From assembly GCA_016207275.1 (NCBI GenBank), contig JACQPY010000017.1, positions 2,479-66,478 of the forward strand: 64,000 bases of DNA. The letters run 5' to 3'. The notes beneath the pieces are model-generated. The model did not search any database. It saw only the letters and a program-made list of their open reading frames with translations, and was not told the DNA's origin. Made by a program: the position numbers and the translations under genes. Source of the stretch: Candidatus Kerfeldbacteria bacterium (GTDB taxonomy: Bacteria > Patescibacteriota > Patescibacteriia > SBBC01). The stretch's first letter is position 1, and every line of letters begins with the position of its first letter. Positions 46,963 to 57,091 of the stretch are shown here, piece by piece.

Positions 46963-47643
46963 ATGATTACGTTCAACAAGGTCACGAAACTCTATCAGAA
47001 AGAGATCGTTGGCGTTCGCGACGTTAGCCTAACGATCGATCCGGGCGAGTTCGTTTCGATCGTCGGACAGTCGGGCTCGGGCAAAACGACCATGGCTAAG
47101 CTGATCATCGCGGAAGAACGTCCGACCGCCGGCCAGATGATTATCGGCGACTGGGACATCACCGACATTGCGCACCGCGACATCCCGTTTTTACGGCGGC
47201 AGATCGGCGTGGTCTTCCAGGACTTTAAACTCTTGCCGCGTAAAACGGTTTTTGAAAACGTGGCCTTTGCCTTAGAGGTTTCTGGCACCACGAATGAGCA
47301 GATTCGAATCATCGTGCCGCAGGTTTTGAAGATTGTCGGGCTGGAAACGAAAGCCGACCGCTTTCCGCACCAACTGTCGGGCGGCGAACAGCAACGCGTG
47401 GTGATCGCCCGATCGCTCGTGCACCGGCCGAAGATTTTGGTGGCCGACGAACCAACGGGTAACCTCGACTCGATCAATGCCCAGGAAATTATCGATCTCC
47501 TCAAGCGGATTAACTCTTTCGGTACGACGGTGGTTCTGGTAACCCACAACCGCGAAATCGTTAACACCTTGCGCAAGCGGGTAATCACGCTTGATCACGG
47601 TCAGGTCATCGCTGACCAAAAGAGCGGTAAATACATTCTCTAG
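46963..47643 (+). CDS. ftsE: Cell division ATP-binding protein FtsE
   Basis: GQSGSGKT, VVFQDFKLL, LSGGEQQR, ADEPTGNLD. Confidence 0.96.
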   Translation: MITFNKVTKLYQKEIVGVRDVSLTIDPGEFVSIVGQSGSGKTTMAKLIIAEERPTAGQMIIGDWDITDIAHRDIPFLRRQIGVVFQDFKLLPRKTVFENVAFALEVSGTTNEQIRIIVPQVLKIVGLETKADRFPHQLSGGEQQRVVIARSLVHRPKILVADEPTGNLDSINAQEIIDLLKRINSFGTTVVLVTHNREIVNTLRKRVITLDHGQVIADQKSGKYIL

Positions 47644-47644
47644 T

Positions 47645-48565
47645 ATGCTGACCTCGTTGGTTCGCGTTAGTCGGTTCGCCGTCCAGAACTTCTGGCGCGA
47701 TATCTGGCTGTCGTCCGTGACGATCGTCATCTTCGTCCTGGCCATTACCTTGGTCGGCGTCCTCTCCGGTGTCAAAGTGATTACCGATCAGGCGATCCAG
47801 GTGCTCCGTTCGAAGGTTGACGTAACCATCACGTTTAAATCGGGCACCCCCGAGCAAACGGCCCTTGACCTAAAAACCAAACTCGAAACGCTGCCGGAGA
47901 CCACCGCCGTCAGCTACACCAGCGCTGATGAGAACCTCGAAATATTCAAGCAGCTCCACGCCAATGATCCGACGGTGCTGGAAAGCACGGCCGCGCTCGA
48001 TCGAAATCCGTTCGGACCCTCGGTCAAGGTAGCGGCTCGTTCGCTCGAAGCGTATCCCCGGATCGCCAAAGTTTTCGAGGACGAATCATTCGCCAGCGTC
48101 ATCGAAGTCGGCAGTCGCTCGCTGGAGTCCAACCAGCTGGCCATTCAGAAACTGTCGTCTTTTACCCGTAACCTCAACCGGTTCAGCCTGGCCCTGACCA
48201 TAGTGTTTGCGTTAATCGCCACCCTGGTGGTGGTCAATACCATGCGCATTGCCATGTATGCCCACCGCGAAGAGATCGGAATCATGAAACTTGTCGGCGC
48301 GACCAACTGGTTTGTCCGCGGACCGTTTTTGGTCGAGAGCATTTTGATCGGCGTCTTGGCCGCGTTGCTGGCATCGCTGATTCTGCTGGGCGGGATTAGT
48401 CTGCTGTCCGGCTGGTTTGATACGCTCTTCCAGGGATACGATGTGCGCATGGCGACCTACCTGACGTCGCACTTTTTTGCGATTTTCTGGGGACCGTTAC
48501 TCGGGGCGGTGGTCTTGTCGATTATCAGCGCCGGTATTGCGGTCGGACGGTACTTGAAGGTGTAG
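47645..48565 (+). CDS. ftsX: Cell division permease FtsX
   Basis: EEIGIMKLVGATNWFVRGPF; follows ftsE. Confidence 0.94.
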   Translation: MLTSLVRVSRFAVQNFWRDIWLSSVTIVIFVLAITLVGVLSGVKVITDQAIQVLRSKVDVTITFKSGTPEQTALDLKTKLETLPETTAVSYTSADENLEIFKQLHANDPTVLESTAALDRNPFGPSVKVAARSLEAYPRIAKVFEDESFASVIEVGSRSLESNQLAIQKLSSFTRNLNRFSLALTIVFALIATLVVVNTMRIAMYAHREEIGIMKLVGATNWFVRGPFLVESILIGVLAALLASLILLGGISLLSGWFDTLFQGYDVRMATYLTSHFFAIFWGPLLGAVVLSIISAGIAVGRYLKV

Positions 48566-48610
48566 GCTGCGGTTTGAAGATTAACGATTTAAGCTACGCG
48601 AGGTTCGAGG

Positions 48611-49915
48611 TTGGTGAGCGACCGTAAAGATTTCCGTCTTCAGGATGCTGCGCAGTGTATTGGCCAGGACGTGACCGTCCGTGGTTGGGCCTATAATGTT
48701 CGTTCGTCCGGAAGCATTATCTTTTTGCAGCTGCGCGACGGCCGCGGCACGATTCAGGCGGTGGTGACGAAAGCTGCCGTTGAAGCGGGATCGTGGCAGG
48801 CGGCGCAAGCCGTCACCATCGAATCAAGCGTGGTGATCAGCGGGACCATCCGGGCGGATCAGCGCAGTGCCGAGGGGGTAGAGTTGGAAGCATCAGAGGT
48901 AGTGGTAGTCCAACGTGCCGAGGAGTATCCGCTTGGCAAGAAGGAGCACGGCACCGATTTTTTGCTGGACCACCGCCACCTCTGGCTGCGCAGCAAGCGT
49001 CAGCGGGCGATTCTACTGGTCCGCGATACCATTGTCCGGGCCATGCGCGAGACGATGCACCGCCTCGATTTTATCCTGACCGATTCGCCGATTCTGACGC
49101 CAACCGCCGCCGAGGGCACGACCACGCTGTTTACCACCGACTACTTCGGCGAACCCGCCTACCTCGCTCAGACCGGGCAGTTGTACCTCGAAGCCACGGC
49201 CGCCGCCCTCGGTCGCGTCTACGACTTCGGACCGACCTTCCGGGCGGAGAAGTCAAAAACCAGACGGCACTTGACCGAGTTCTGGATGCTCGACGCCGAA
49301 GCCGCCTTTGTCGAGTTCGATCAGAATCTGGAGATTCAGGAACAGCTGGTCCTCGGCATTCTGCATTTCGTTTTAGCGGAACGCCGCGAGGAGTTGAAGG
49401 TGTTGGAACGCGATCCAAAACCTTTGGAATCAATCGCGGCCCCATTTCCTCGCGTACGCTACACTGAAGCCGTGGCCAAACTACAGGCCGACGGTGCAAC
49501 CATCACCGACGGTGACGACCTCGGCGGCGATGAGGAAACATTGCTGTCGCAGCAGTCTGGTCAGCCGCAGTTCATCACCCACTACCCGGCGAACATCAAG
49601 GCGTTCTACATGAAACCGGATCCGGCCGATTCGCGTTTCGTCCTCAACGCCGACCTGCTTGCCCCCGAGGGCTACGGTGAAATTATTGGCGGCTCGCAGC
49701 GTATTGACGACCTGAAACTTCTCCAGCAGCGTTTACGTCAACACCACCTGCCGGAGGCAGACTACCAGTGGTACCTCGACCTCCGTCGTTTCGGTAGCTT
49801 CCCGCACTCGGGTTTTGGCATTGGCTTGGAGCGACTGGTCACCTGGATTTGTCGCCTCGACCACGTCCGCGAGAGCGTTCCGTTTCCCCGGTTGCTCAAT
49901 CGTTTACGACCCTAG
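48611..49915 (+). CDS. asnS: Asparagine--tRNA ligase
   Basis: QTGQLYLE, FRAEKSKTRRHLTEFWM, KAFYM, GFGIGLER. Confidence 0.96.
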   Translation: MVSDRKDFRLQDAAQCIGQDVTVRGWAYNVRSSGSIIFLQLRDGRGTIQAVVTKAAVEAGSWQAAQAVTIESSVVISGTIRADQRSAEGVELEASEVVVVQRAEEYPLGKKEHGTDFLLDHRHLWLRSKRQRAILLVRDTIVRAMRETMHRLDFILTDSPILTPTAAEGTTTLFTTDYFGEPAYLAQTGQLYLEATAAALGRVYDFGPTFRAEKSKTRRHLTEFWMLDAEAAFVEFDQNLEIQEQLVLGILHFVLAERREELKVLERDPKPLESIAAPFPRVRYTEAVAKLQADGATITDGDDLGGDEETLLSQQSGQPQFITHYPANIKAFYMKPDPADSRFVLNADLLAPEGYGEIIGGSQRIDDLKLLQQRLRQHHLPEADYQWYLDLRRFGSFPHSGFGIGLERLVTWICRLDHVRESVPFPRLLNRLRP

Positions 49916-49918
49916 ACC

Positions 49919-50530
49919 ATGGCGACTCGACGACCCTGGTACGCCGTCCCCCTGACGCTGTTGGTTATTGGTACGGCCCTGGCCGGCCTGGCTTTCTGGC
50001 GCATCCTCAATCGTCCGTCCTCGCCATCGACCAACCTCAACGCGAACCAGCGGGTGGTGGCGCCGGACAGCCAGTGCGGTGACGGCATTTGTCAGGATGT
50101 GGCTTGCTTGTCGACCGGCTGTCCGGTTCCGGAGACGCCGGCTACCTGTCCAGCGGACTGCGCCAGCGATGTCGTCGAGAGTACCGGCTCGGGCGGCGCA
50201 AATGAGAATGCTCAGGTTAACCAAAACATCAATGCCGCCGGCGGGGCACTCGATTTTGCGCTCGAGGAGCAGACCCTCGAGCAGAAGCGAACCTGCCCGC
50301 TTGAGGACGCCAACCTGACGCCAGCTGAAGCAGTCGCCCTGGCCCAGCGAGCCGGCCTGATGCAAGGCACCGGCGACGTCAACGTGCGTCTGACCATCTA
50401 CCCGCCGCCGCTCGAACAGTGCGTGTGGTACGTCAAAAACTACCTGACGGCTTCAAGCGGTCGTCAGGTCGTAATCATTGACGCGACTCAGGAAATCTAC
50501 TTGAATGCCGACTGGAAGGACGGCCGATGA
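49919..50530 (+). CDS. Membrane-anchored Cys-rich hypothetical protein
   Basis: N-terminal TM; CGDGIC...ETPATCPADC. Confidence 0.7.
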   Translation: MATRRPWYAVPLTLLVIGTALAGLAFWRILNRPSSPSTNLNANQRVVAPDSQCGDGICQDVACLSTGCPVPETPATCPADCASDVVESTGSGGANENAQVNQNINAAGGALDFALEEQTLEQKRTCPLEDANLTPAEAVALAQRAGLMQGTGDVNVRLTIYPPPLEQCVWYVKNYLTASSGRQVVIIDATQEIYLNADWKDGR

Positions 50531-51165
50531 CGTTTGACCTGTCGGTCGCTTGGTTCCGCTTTGCCACGACTGCCAACTTCAGTTCGATGCTCTTTGCCCT
50601 GCTGTTCCTGGTGTTCGGTTTAGCGCTGTACCGACGTAAGACCGTTGACAGTCGGTTCGGTCAGCGCTTGTGGTTGTGGTTTTTTGTGATCACGCTGGTC
50701 CAGCTGATCGCCGTCGCGGCCACCTTTTGGATCGAATGGCACAAATCATCCTGCGGCGCGGCTTGTCGTTACTTTTTTCCGCCCTACTCGAACTATTACT
50801 TCAATGAAGTCATCGTTCGCTGGATTAGTACGTTTGCCTTTAACGCCGTTGTCGGTCTGGTCGGCGGCTTGGTTTTTTTACTCTTTGCCCGCGCCACCCA
50901 CGGTCGCATCATTGACCAGCTCGATGTTGATCTCTTAACGGTTGGCGGAATGGTCGCCGGCTGGCCGAACATCCTGATGTTCTACGCCTTGGTATTTGTT
51001 TTGACCATGATCGTGACGATTGTCCGGGCTATCCACGCACGGTCTGGGACAATTCGCATGATCATCACGCCGATCTTACCCCTGGCCGCGGCGGTCGTCG
51101 CCGCCCTCGGCGATACGCTCGCTCGGTTCTTCCGTCTGTACGAAATCGGTGTGACGTTGTTCTAG
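50527..51165 (+). CDS. Multi-TM protein, weakly prepilin-peptidase C-terminal-like
   Basis: About six TMs; DVDLL..GG..GWP. Confidence 0.5.
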   Translation: MTFDLSVAWFRFATTANFSSMLFALLFLVFGLALYRRKTVDSRFGQRLWLWFFVITLVQLIAVAATFWIEWHKSSCGAACRYFFPPYSNYYFNEVIVRWISTFAFNAVVGLVGGLVFLLFARATHGRIIDQLDVDLLTVGGMVAGWPNILMFYALVFVLTMIVTIVRAIHARSGTIRMIITPILPLAAAVVAALGDTLARFFRLYEIGVTLF

Positions 51166-51210
51166 CGGGGCGAATAAAGTCGGAGAATGTTCCTGGAATC
51201 CTAAGGTAAT

Positions 51211-51912
51211 ATGAATCCCGGACAAGCAGCTGCCGCATTTGTACGTTCTCACCGTCGTGAGCTTATTGAGCGCTTTGCCTCGCTTAGTATCTATTTTCCG
51301 GACGAACAACCGGTTTCATTACTTATGGCGGGCTCTCCTGGCGCAGGGAAGACGGAAACATCAAAGCGCCTAATCAAACGGTTTGAGAAGTCTAAATCGT
51401 TGCCGGTGCGGATCGACGCTGATGAAATCCGCGATCTCTTCATACCATTCGGGTACAATGGAAGCAATGCCAGTGAATTTCAGACCGCGTCCACACTAGG
51501 TGTTCAAAAATTGTTTGACCACGTTCTCGAAAAAAATTTGAATGTCATTCTTGATACAACGTTTGCGTACGATGGTGCGCTACAAAACGTGCAACGATCT
51601 CTCGACCACGGGCGAAAGGTCGAGGTTTTCTATTTGTATCAAGATCCGCAGTTGGCATGGGATTTTACCAAAAAGAGAGAAGCGCTGGAACATCGGAATG
51701 TTACTCGAGAAGTCTTTATTGACTCTTTCTGTCGAGCTCGCGACAACGTTCGAGAGGCTAAGCGAAGGTTTGCTGAAGCAATCCGGATATATGTCATCGA
51801 GAAAGACGTAAGCAAAGATTTTGAGAAGATTCATGCCGATGTTGACGATATTGACAGGTGGTTACCAAAGCCCTATACTAGGGAAGCGTTAGAAAATATG
51901 CTGTCGAAATGA
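51211..51912 (+). CDS. Zeta-toxin-family P-loop kinase
   Basis: MAGSPGAGKT, RIDADEIR, ILDTT; AT-richer than flanks. Confidence 0.8.
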   Translation: MNPGQAAAAFVRSHRRELIERFASLSIYFPDEQPVSLLMAGSPGAGKTETSKRLIKRFEKSKSLPVRIDADEIRDLFIPFGYNGSNASEFQTASTLGVQKLFDHVLEKNLNVILDTTFAYDGALQNVQRSLDHGRKVEVFYLYQDPQLAWDFTKKREALEHRNVTREVFIDSFCRARDNVREAKRRFAEAIRIYVIEKDVSKDFEKIHADVDDIDRWLPKPYTREALENMLSK

Positions 51913-52094
51913 AAGTACTACTCAAGAAGATTTTCGGGAGGCCTAAAGCGCCGAAAACTGGATTTTCTTCGTTTTTTCGAAATGCATCAGAGCAGGAAAA
52001 GAAAAAGCTGATTAAGGAAGTAGTCCGCGAAGCAAATGCGGATCAGCGTAAAATCCTAGAAAAGTACGAACGACAGTTTTCAAAGGCCTCGTAA
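51909..52094 (+). CDS. Small basic protein, putative partner of the zeta-like gene
   Basis: ATGA overlap; 61 aa; FSSFFRNAS..EKKK. Confidence 0.65.
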   Translation: MKVLLKKIFGRPKAPKTGFSSFFRNASEQEKKKLIKEVVREANADQRKILEKYERQFSKAS

Positions 52095-52119
52095 CGTCAT
52101 CGAGGCCTTTTGTTGTTTT
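52082..52119 (+). terminator. Rho-independent terminator
   Basis: aaaggcctcg/cgaggccttt stem followed by a T-rich tract. Confidence 0.7.
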
Positions 52120-52219
52120 AGATAAAAGCAAAATGGTCTTTGCTAATTTTCTTGAAAAATTTTTCTTGGCAAATAAACGAGCCTTCACGCTATCAAAGTT
52201 AAAAAGAAGACGATTCTAG

Positions 52220-52615
52220 GTGTTGATGAAAAAACTCACCATCTTGAGTCGAGAGAAATGTCAGGTGCTTGATATTACCCAACCGGTCGTCGCCGGCGCT
52301 CGGGTCGCGGCCGGCCTGGCCCAGCTATTGGTCACGCACACGACCGCCGCCCTGACCACGGCTGATCTTGATCCCGGTACTGATCTCGATCTGCTCGATG
52401 CCTTGGCGGCGATGGTGCCGAAGCTCAAGTACCGCCACCCGCACGATCCCGGCCACGTCCCTGACCACATCCTGTCAGCGCTGATTGGTACCGCGCTGAC
52501 CGTGCCGATTGAGGCTGGCCGCCTGGTCTTAGGAACGTGGCAGCGGATCGTCCTCGTCGAGTTCGACGGCCCGCGGGAGCGAACAGTCTGCGTCACCGTC
52601 CAGGCGAACGCCTAA
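52220..52615 (+). CDS. yjbQ: YjbQ/UPF0047 protein
   Basis: HTTAAL, YRHPH, LGTWQRIVLVEFDGPR. Confidence 0.92.
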   Translation: MLMKKLTILSREKCQVLDITQPVVAGARVAAGLAQLLVTHTTAALTTADLDPGTDLDLLDALAAMVPKLKYRHPHDPGHVPDHILSALIGTALTVPIEAGRLVLGTWQRIVLVEFDGPRERTVCVTVQANA

Positions 52616-52705
52616 CGTACCCGTTTTTTTGCGGATGGACAGGCGAACGCGATGGTTGCGAAACAGCCATGTTCATTGTATAATCTGGCTACCGTTACGC
52701 CTCGT

Positions 52706-54094
52706 ATGCGAAAAACTGACATTGCGCTCACCGCCGGTATGGTCGGCCAGCAGGTAACCTTGGCCGGCTGGGTTCAGGCACGGCGGAACATGGGCAAAAT
52801 CGTGTTTATTGACCTGCGTGACCGCACCGGCATCGTCCAGGTCGTCTTGGGTCAAGCCTTGACGCCGGGAGCAGACGACGTCAAACGACTACGACCCGAG
52901 TTCGTGGTGGAAGTTACCGGCACGGTGGCGGAGCGTCGCGGGGCCGAGGCAAAGGACCAGCCGCTGACGCAGGTGGAAGTGCAGGCCAGCCGCCTCGAGA
53001 TTCTCAATGAGGCTAAGACCCCGCCGTTCGAAATTGCCACCGAAGAACGCCAGGCCCGGGAAGAGCTGCGGTTGCAGTACCGTTATCTCGATTTACGTCA
53101 CCAGCGAATGCAGCGCAATTTGAAACTGCGCCACGACGTCATTCGGTTCATCCGCGAATATCTCAGCAACCTCGGTTTTTTGGAAGTCGAGACGCCCTAC
53201 CTGACGAAAGGCACGCCAGAAGGCGCCCGCGAGTTCATCGTTCCCTCACGCAAGTTTCCCGGGCAGTTTTATACCTTGCCGCAGAGCCCGCAGCAGTTCA
53301 AACAGTTGCTGATGGTCGCTGGGGTCGAGCGTTATTTTCAAATTGCCCGATGTTTTCGCGACGAAGACACACGCGGCGACCGGCAGCCGGAATTTACGCA
53401 GCTCGACTTGGAAATGAGCTTCGTTGACGTTGAAGATGTGCTGCAGCTGACCGAAGATTTATTCACCTCGCTGATCTCCGTGGTCACACCCGACAAGCAC
53501 CTGACCGCGACACCGTGGCCGAGAATTCCGTATGAACAAGCCATGAAAGAGTACGGTACTGATAAGCCTGATCTACGAAAAGACAAAAACGATCCACATG
53601 AGTTGGCGTTTGCGTTTATCGTTGACTTTCCGCTGTTCGAGCATTCGGCCACGGAACAGAAGTTGGTGCCGGTGCATCACCTGTTTACCAGCCCGCGCGA
53701 CGAAGATCTCCCGTTGCTCGAGACTGATCCGGCCAAAGCCAAAGCCAAACAGTACGACGTCGTGCTCAATGGTTTTGAAGTAGCCGGCGGTTCGATCCGT
53801 ATTCATCGCCCTGACATTCAGAAGAAAATCTTTATTATTCTTAAATTGACCGACCAAGAAGTACAGCGCCGCTTCGGTCATATGCTCGAAGCCTTGAGCT
53901 ACGGCGCGCCGCCGCACGGCGGCATTGCTCCGGGTCTGGACCGGCTAGTGGCCGTGCTGGCCAACGAGCCGGACATTCGCGAGGTTATCGCTTTTCCCAA
54001 AACCAGCGACGGCCGTGATGTGATGATGGGCGCCCCGAGCAGGTTACCAGCGGCGCAGCTGGATGAAGTCCACGTACGGATTACGGAGGCGTAA
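52706..54094 (+). CDS. aspS: Aspartate--tRNA ligase, short form lacking the GAD insertion
   Basis: FIDLRD, PEGARE, LPQSPQ, FRDED, GAPPHGGIA; 462 aa. Confidence 0.95.
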   Translation: MRKTDIALTAGMVGQQVTLAGWVQARRNMGKIVFIDLRDRTGIVQVVLGQALTPGADDVKRLRPEFVVEVTGTVAERRGAEAKDQPLTQVEVQASRLEILNEAKTPPFEIATEERQAREELRLQYRYLDLRHQRMQRNLKLRHDVIRFIREYLSNLGFLEVETPYLTKGTPEGAREFIVPSRKFPGQFYTLPQSPQQFKQLLMVAGVERYFQIARCFRDEDTRGDRQPEFTQLDLEMSFVDVEDVLQLTEDLFTSLISVVTPDKHLTATPWPRIPYEQAMKEYGTDKPDLRKDKNDPHELAFAFIVDFPLFEHSATEQKLVPVHHLFTSPRDEDLPLLETDPAKAKAKQYDVVLNGFEVAGGSIRIHRPDIQKKIFIILKLTDQEVQRRFGHMLEALSYGAPPHGGIAPGLDRLVAVLANEPDIREVIAFPKTSDGRDVMMGAPSRLPAAQLDEVHVRITEA

Positions 54095-54396
54095 TGCCGC
54101 CGCGCCTGTCAGGATTACAGCGATTTGCCCTGATTGAGTCGTACAGTCGTCGTCGCGCGCGATTGCCCCGCCAGCTGGTGCACGCCTTCTACAAAAGCAT
54201 GCCGAAGCAACCGAAAGAGGTCCAAGATGTGGTGACGAAATCGCTGGAGAGCTTGATCGACCGGGGTCTGCTGATCGGGTACGGTCGACGGACGCCGAAA
54301 AAGTGGTTTATCGATGAGATTCGTCTGACGGCCGCCGGCCGCAAGCTCGCCCGCCGGCTGCTCGGCGAACAGCTGCGCTTACCGCTGAAGAGTTAA
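54094..54396 (+). CDS. Basic winged-helix-like hypothetical protein
   Basis: KSLESLIDRGLL...RLTAAG pattern. Confidence 0.6.
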   Translation: MPPRLSGLQRFALIESYSRRRARLPRQLVHAFYKSMPKQPKEVQDVVTKSLESLIDRGLLIGYGRRTPKKWFIDEIRLTAAGRKLARRLLGEQLRLPLKS

Positions 54397-54422
54397 GAAG
54401 AAATTAACTTCGTGAGGCAGAT

Positions 54423-54935
54423 ATGAAGATTCCAACCAAGGTTGCGGCTTACTTAAAAAAAGCCAAGGTGGCGCACGACGTCGTGCCGCACAAGACCGTG
54501 TTCACGGCCTACGACTTGGGGCAAACGTTGAAGACCAAGCTGGAAAACATTGCCAAGACGCTACTGGTCAGAGTCGACACGACGTACCACTTAGTCGTGT
54601 TGCGGGCCGCTGACCGGCTCGACCTAAAAAAACTCAAGGCCGTGCTGGGCGCCAAGCAGGTCAACATTGCTCGCGAGCAGGACATGGCGCGAGAAATGAA
54701 GGTCAAGCCCGGCGCCTTGACCCCCTTTGGCGGTTTGCACAAGCTCGGCCTGGTCGTTGATCGCAACCTGACTAAGGCCAAGACCGCGCTGTTCGGCAGC
54801 GGCAGCTTCGAGCACTCGATCCGGATGAAAGTCGCCGACTGGCTTAAGCTCGAGCGGCCGAAGACCGGCTCTTTTAGCACGTCAGCCGACCTCAAGCTCC
54901 AAGTCAAACCAACCCGGCCGCCACGGAAGCGATGA
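54423..54935 (+). CDS. YbaK/EbsC-family aminoacyl-tRNA editing protein
   Basis: AKTLLV, PGALTPFG, FGSGS..HSI. Confidence 0.85.
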   Translation: MKIPTKVAAYLKKAKVAHDVVPHKTVFTAYDLGQTLKTKLENIAKTLLVRVDTTYHLVVLRAADRLDLKKLKAVLGAKQVNIAREQDMAREMKVKPGALTPFGGLHKLGLVVDRNLTKAKTALFGSGSFEHSIRMKVADWLKLERPKTGSFSTSADLKLQVKPTRPPRKR

Positions 54936-55657
54936 TCGAAGTCAAGACTCGACAGTTCGAGGGTCCGCTCGACCTGTTGCTGCAGCTGATTGAGCAGCAT
55001 CAGCTTGATATCTCAACGGTGGCGCTGGCCGACGTGACCGATCAGTACCTCGGTCAGCTGCCGCGGGTCGAGCGATTACACCCCGATGAGCTGGCCGATT
55101 TCTTGGTGGTGGCAGCCAAGCTGCTGTATATTAAATCGAAGATCCTCCTGCCGCAGCTCGACCTGCCGGCGGAAGAGGGGATGAGCCTTGAGGATCAGCT
55201 CCGGCTGTACCAGACGTTCGTCGGGGTGGCCGAAAACTTGAAACGCTTGTTTCGCCGACGTCACGTCATGTACGGCCGCGAACACACGGCCACGATCGAA
55301 CCGGCTTTTGCCCCGCCGCCGCGTCTGAACGTCGACGACCTGCAGCGAACGTTTACGACGGTCCTCCAGCGGCTCGCGCCGCTGTTCGTCATCCCGGCGA
55401 CGACCATTTCCCGCACCATTTCATTGCAGGACAAAATTGAATCAATCCGCCAGCTGGTCAGCCAACGGAACGCCGTCAGCTTTCGCGAACTACTCGCCTC
55501 AGCCCGCACCCGGATGGAAGTGATCGTCACGTTTTTGGCGCTGCTTGAGTTGGTCAAGCAGCGGACGGCGATGGTGGTGCAGGATAAGAATTTCGCCGAG
55601 ATTCAAATTGCTCCGCGAGGGCGGGAAAACGATCGCCACCACGAGGCCCATTCATGA
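54932..55657 (+). CDS. scpA: Segregation and condensation protein A
   Basis: FEGPLDLLLQLI, KSKILLP, VTFLALLEL. Confidence 0.95.
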   Translation: MIEVKTRQFEGPLDLLLQLIEQHQLDISTVALADVTDQYLGQLPRVERLHPDELADFLVVAAKLLYIKSKILLPQLDLPAEEGMSLEDQLRLYQTFVGVAENLKRLFRRRHVMYGREHTATIEPAFAPPPRLNVDDLQRTFTTVLQRLAPLFVIPATTISRTISLQDKIESIRQLVSQRNAVSFRELLASARTRMEVIVTFLALLELVKQRTAMVVQDKNFAEIQIAPRGRENDRHHEAHS

Positions 55658-56262
55658 AACTGCCGGGGAAGATTGAGAGTTTGCTGTTTGTCGCTTCCAA
55701 ACCGCTGACCATCAGGAAAATCGCCGAGCTGGTTGGGGCTGATGAGGCCGATGTGCGCCAGGCGATCGAATCGCTTCGACAGCTCTACAACATCGAAGAC
55801 CGCGGCATCCAGCTGGCCCAGCACGCGAACAGTGTCCAGCTCGTCACCAATCCGCTCAGCGCAAAAATTGTGGCTGATTTTTTGAAAGACGAGCGAAGCG
55901 GCGAGCTGACGCGACCATCGTTGGAAACACTGACCATCATCGCCTACCGCGGACCCTTGCCTAAGTCGGAGATCGATTTAATCCGCGGCGTCAACTGCGC
56001 TTTGATTCTGCGTAACTTGATGGTGCGGGGATTGATTACGGCGCGTGAAGATCGTCAGCGGATGACGACGCTCTATGAGTTGTCATTCGACTTCCTCCGA
56101 CACCTGGGGATCCGTGAAGTCCGCGAGCTGCCAGACTATGGTCGGTTGACGGCTGACCAAAATCTTGATCGGTTGCTTCACCCCAAACCACCGCCGGCCG
56201 AGCCGGTCGCGACGCTCGGTAACGACCAAGCTGACGCTGAGGAACAACGCGATGAAGCCTAA
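55654..56262 (+). CDS. scpB: Segregation and condensation protein B
   Basis: IESLLF, LETLTIIAY, IRGVN. Confidence 0.95.
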   Translation: MKLPGKIESLLFVASKPLTIRKIAELVGADEADVRQAIESLRQLYNIEDRGIQLAQHANSVQLVTNPLSAKIVADFLKDERSGELTRPSLETLTIIAYRGPLPKSEIDLIRGVNCALILRNLMVRGLITAREDRQRMTTLYELSFDFLRHLGIREVRELPDYGRLTADQNLDRLLHPKPPPAEPVATLGNDQADAEEQRDEA

Positions 56263-57052
56263 GGGGACGACGCCAGGAGGTGGTTCTGGCCGACGGCCGA
56301 TCGTGGTGGCGAACTGGAAAATGTATTTGACCGCGGCTGAGGCAGTGACGCGAGTCCAACAACTGCTGACCGAGTCGTTGCCCGACCGCGTTGATCTCGT
56401 GATGTGCCCAAGTACCACGGCCTTGGCTGGAATTGGGCAACGCTTAGCCGGTCATACTATTCAGCTCGGAGCGCAGGATGTATTTTGGGCGGCTCCCGGA
56501 CCGCACACCGGCGAAGTCTCGGCGGCTGACCTGCGCTCGCTCGGCGTTCGCTATGTGCTCGTCGGTCACTCCGAACACCGCGCCTCGGCCCACGAGCACA
56601 ACGACGTCGTCCACCGCAAAGCCCTGGCGGCGCTCGGCCACGGGTTGTCGCCGATCGTCTGCGTTGGCGAGTCGCGCGAGGACCGCCACCAGCACCGCCA
56701 TCATCACGTCATTACCCAGCAACTCGATGCCGCTATCCGTAACCTGCCGCCGCCGGACGAGCGGCAAGAGCTACTGGTCGCCTACGAGCCGATCTGGGCG
56801 ATTGGCACTGGTCAGCCGGCCACAGCTGCCGACGCCCAGGAAATGGCCGACGTCATTCACCGCTCGTTGCTAGAAGTTTTTGGCCGCGACGTCGTCGCCC
56901 GCCGGACCAGGGTACTTTACGGCGGTAGTGTTACCCCGGCCAATGTCGGTGAGTTTGTCGAGGGCCAGTCAGTGCACGGCGTCCTCGTCGGCACGGCCGG
57001 TCTACCCGCGGCCGGTCTTGGTTCGATCGTCCGGGCCGTGGCCAGTCGTTGA
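56252..57052 (+). CDS. tpiA: Triosephosphate isomerase
   Basis: NWKM, GHSE, AYEPIWAIGTG, YGGSV. Confidence 0.95.
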   Translation: MKPKGTTPGGGSGRRPIVVANWKMYLTAAEAVTRVQQLLTESLPDRVDLVMCPSTTALAGIGQRLAGHTIQLGAQDVFWAAPGPHTGEVSAADLRSLGVRYVLVGHSEHRASAHEHNDVVHRKALAALGHGLSPIVCVGESREDRHQHRHHHVITQQLDAAIRNLPPPDERQELLVAYEPIWAIGTGQPATAADAQEMADVIHRSLLEVFGRDVVARRTRVLYGGSVTPANVGEFVEGQSVHGVLVGTAGLPAAGLGSIVRAVASR

Positions 57053-57091
57053 TTTCTTGGCCGAGGTACCGTAGGCTATACGTATATCCCC

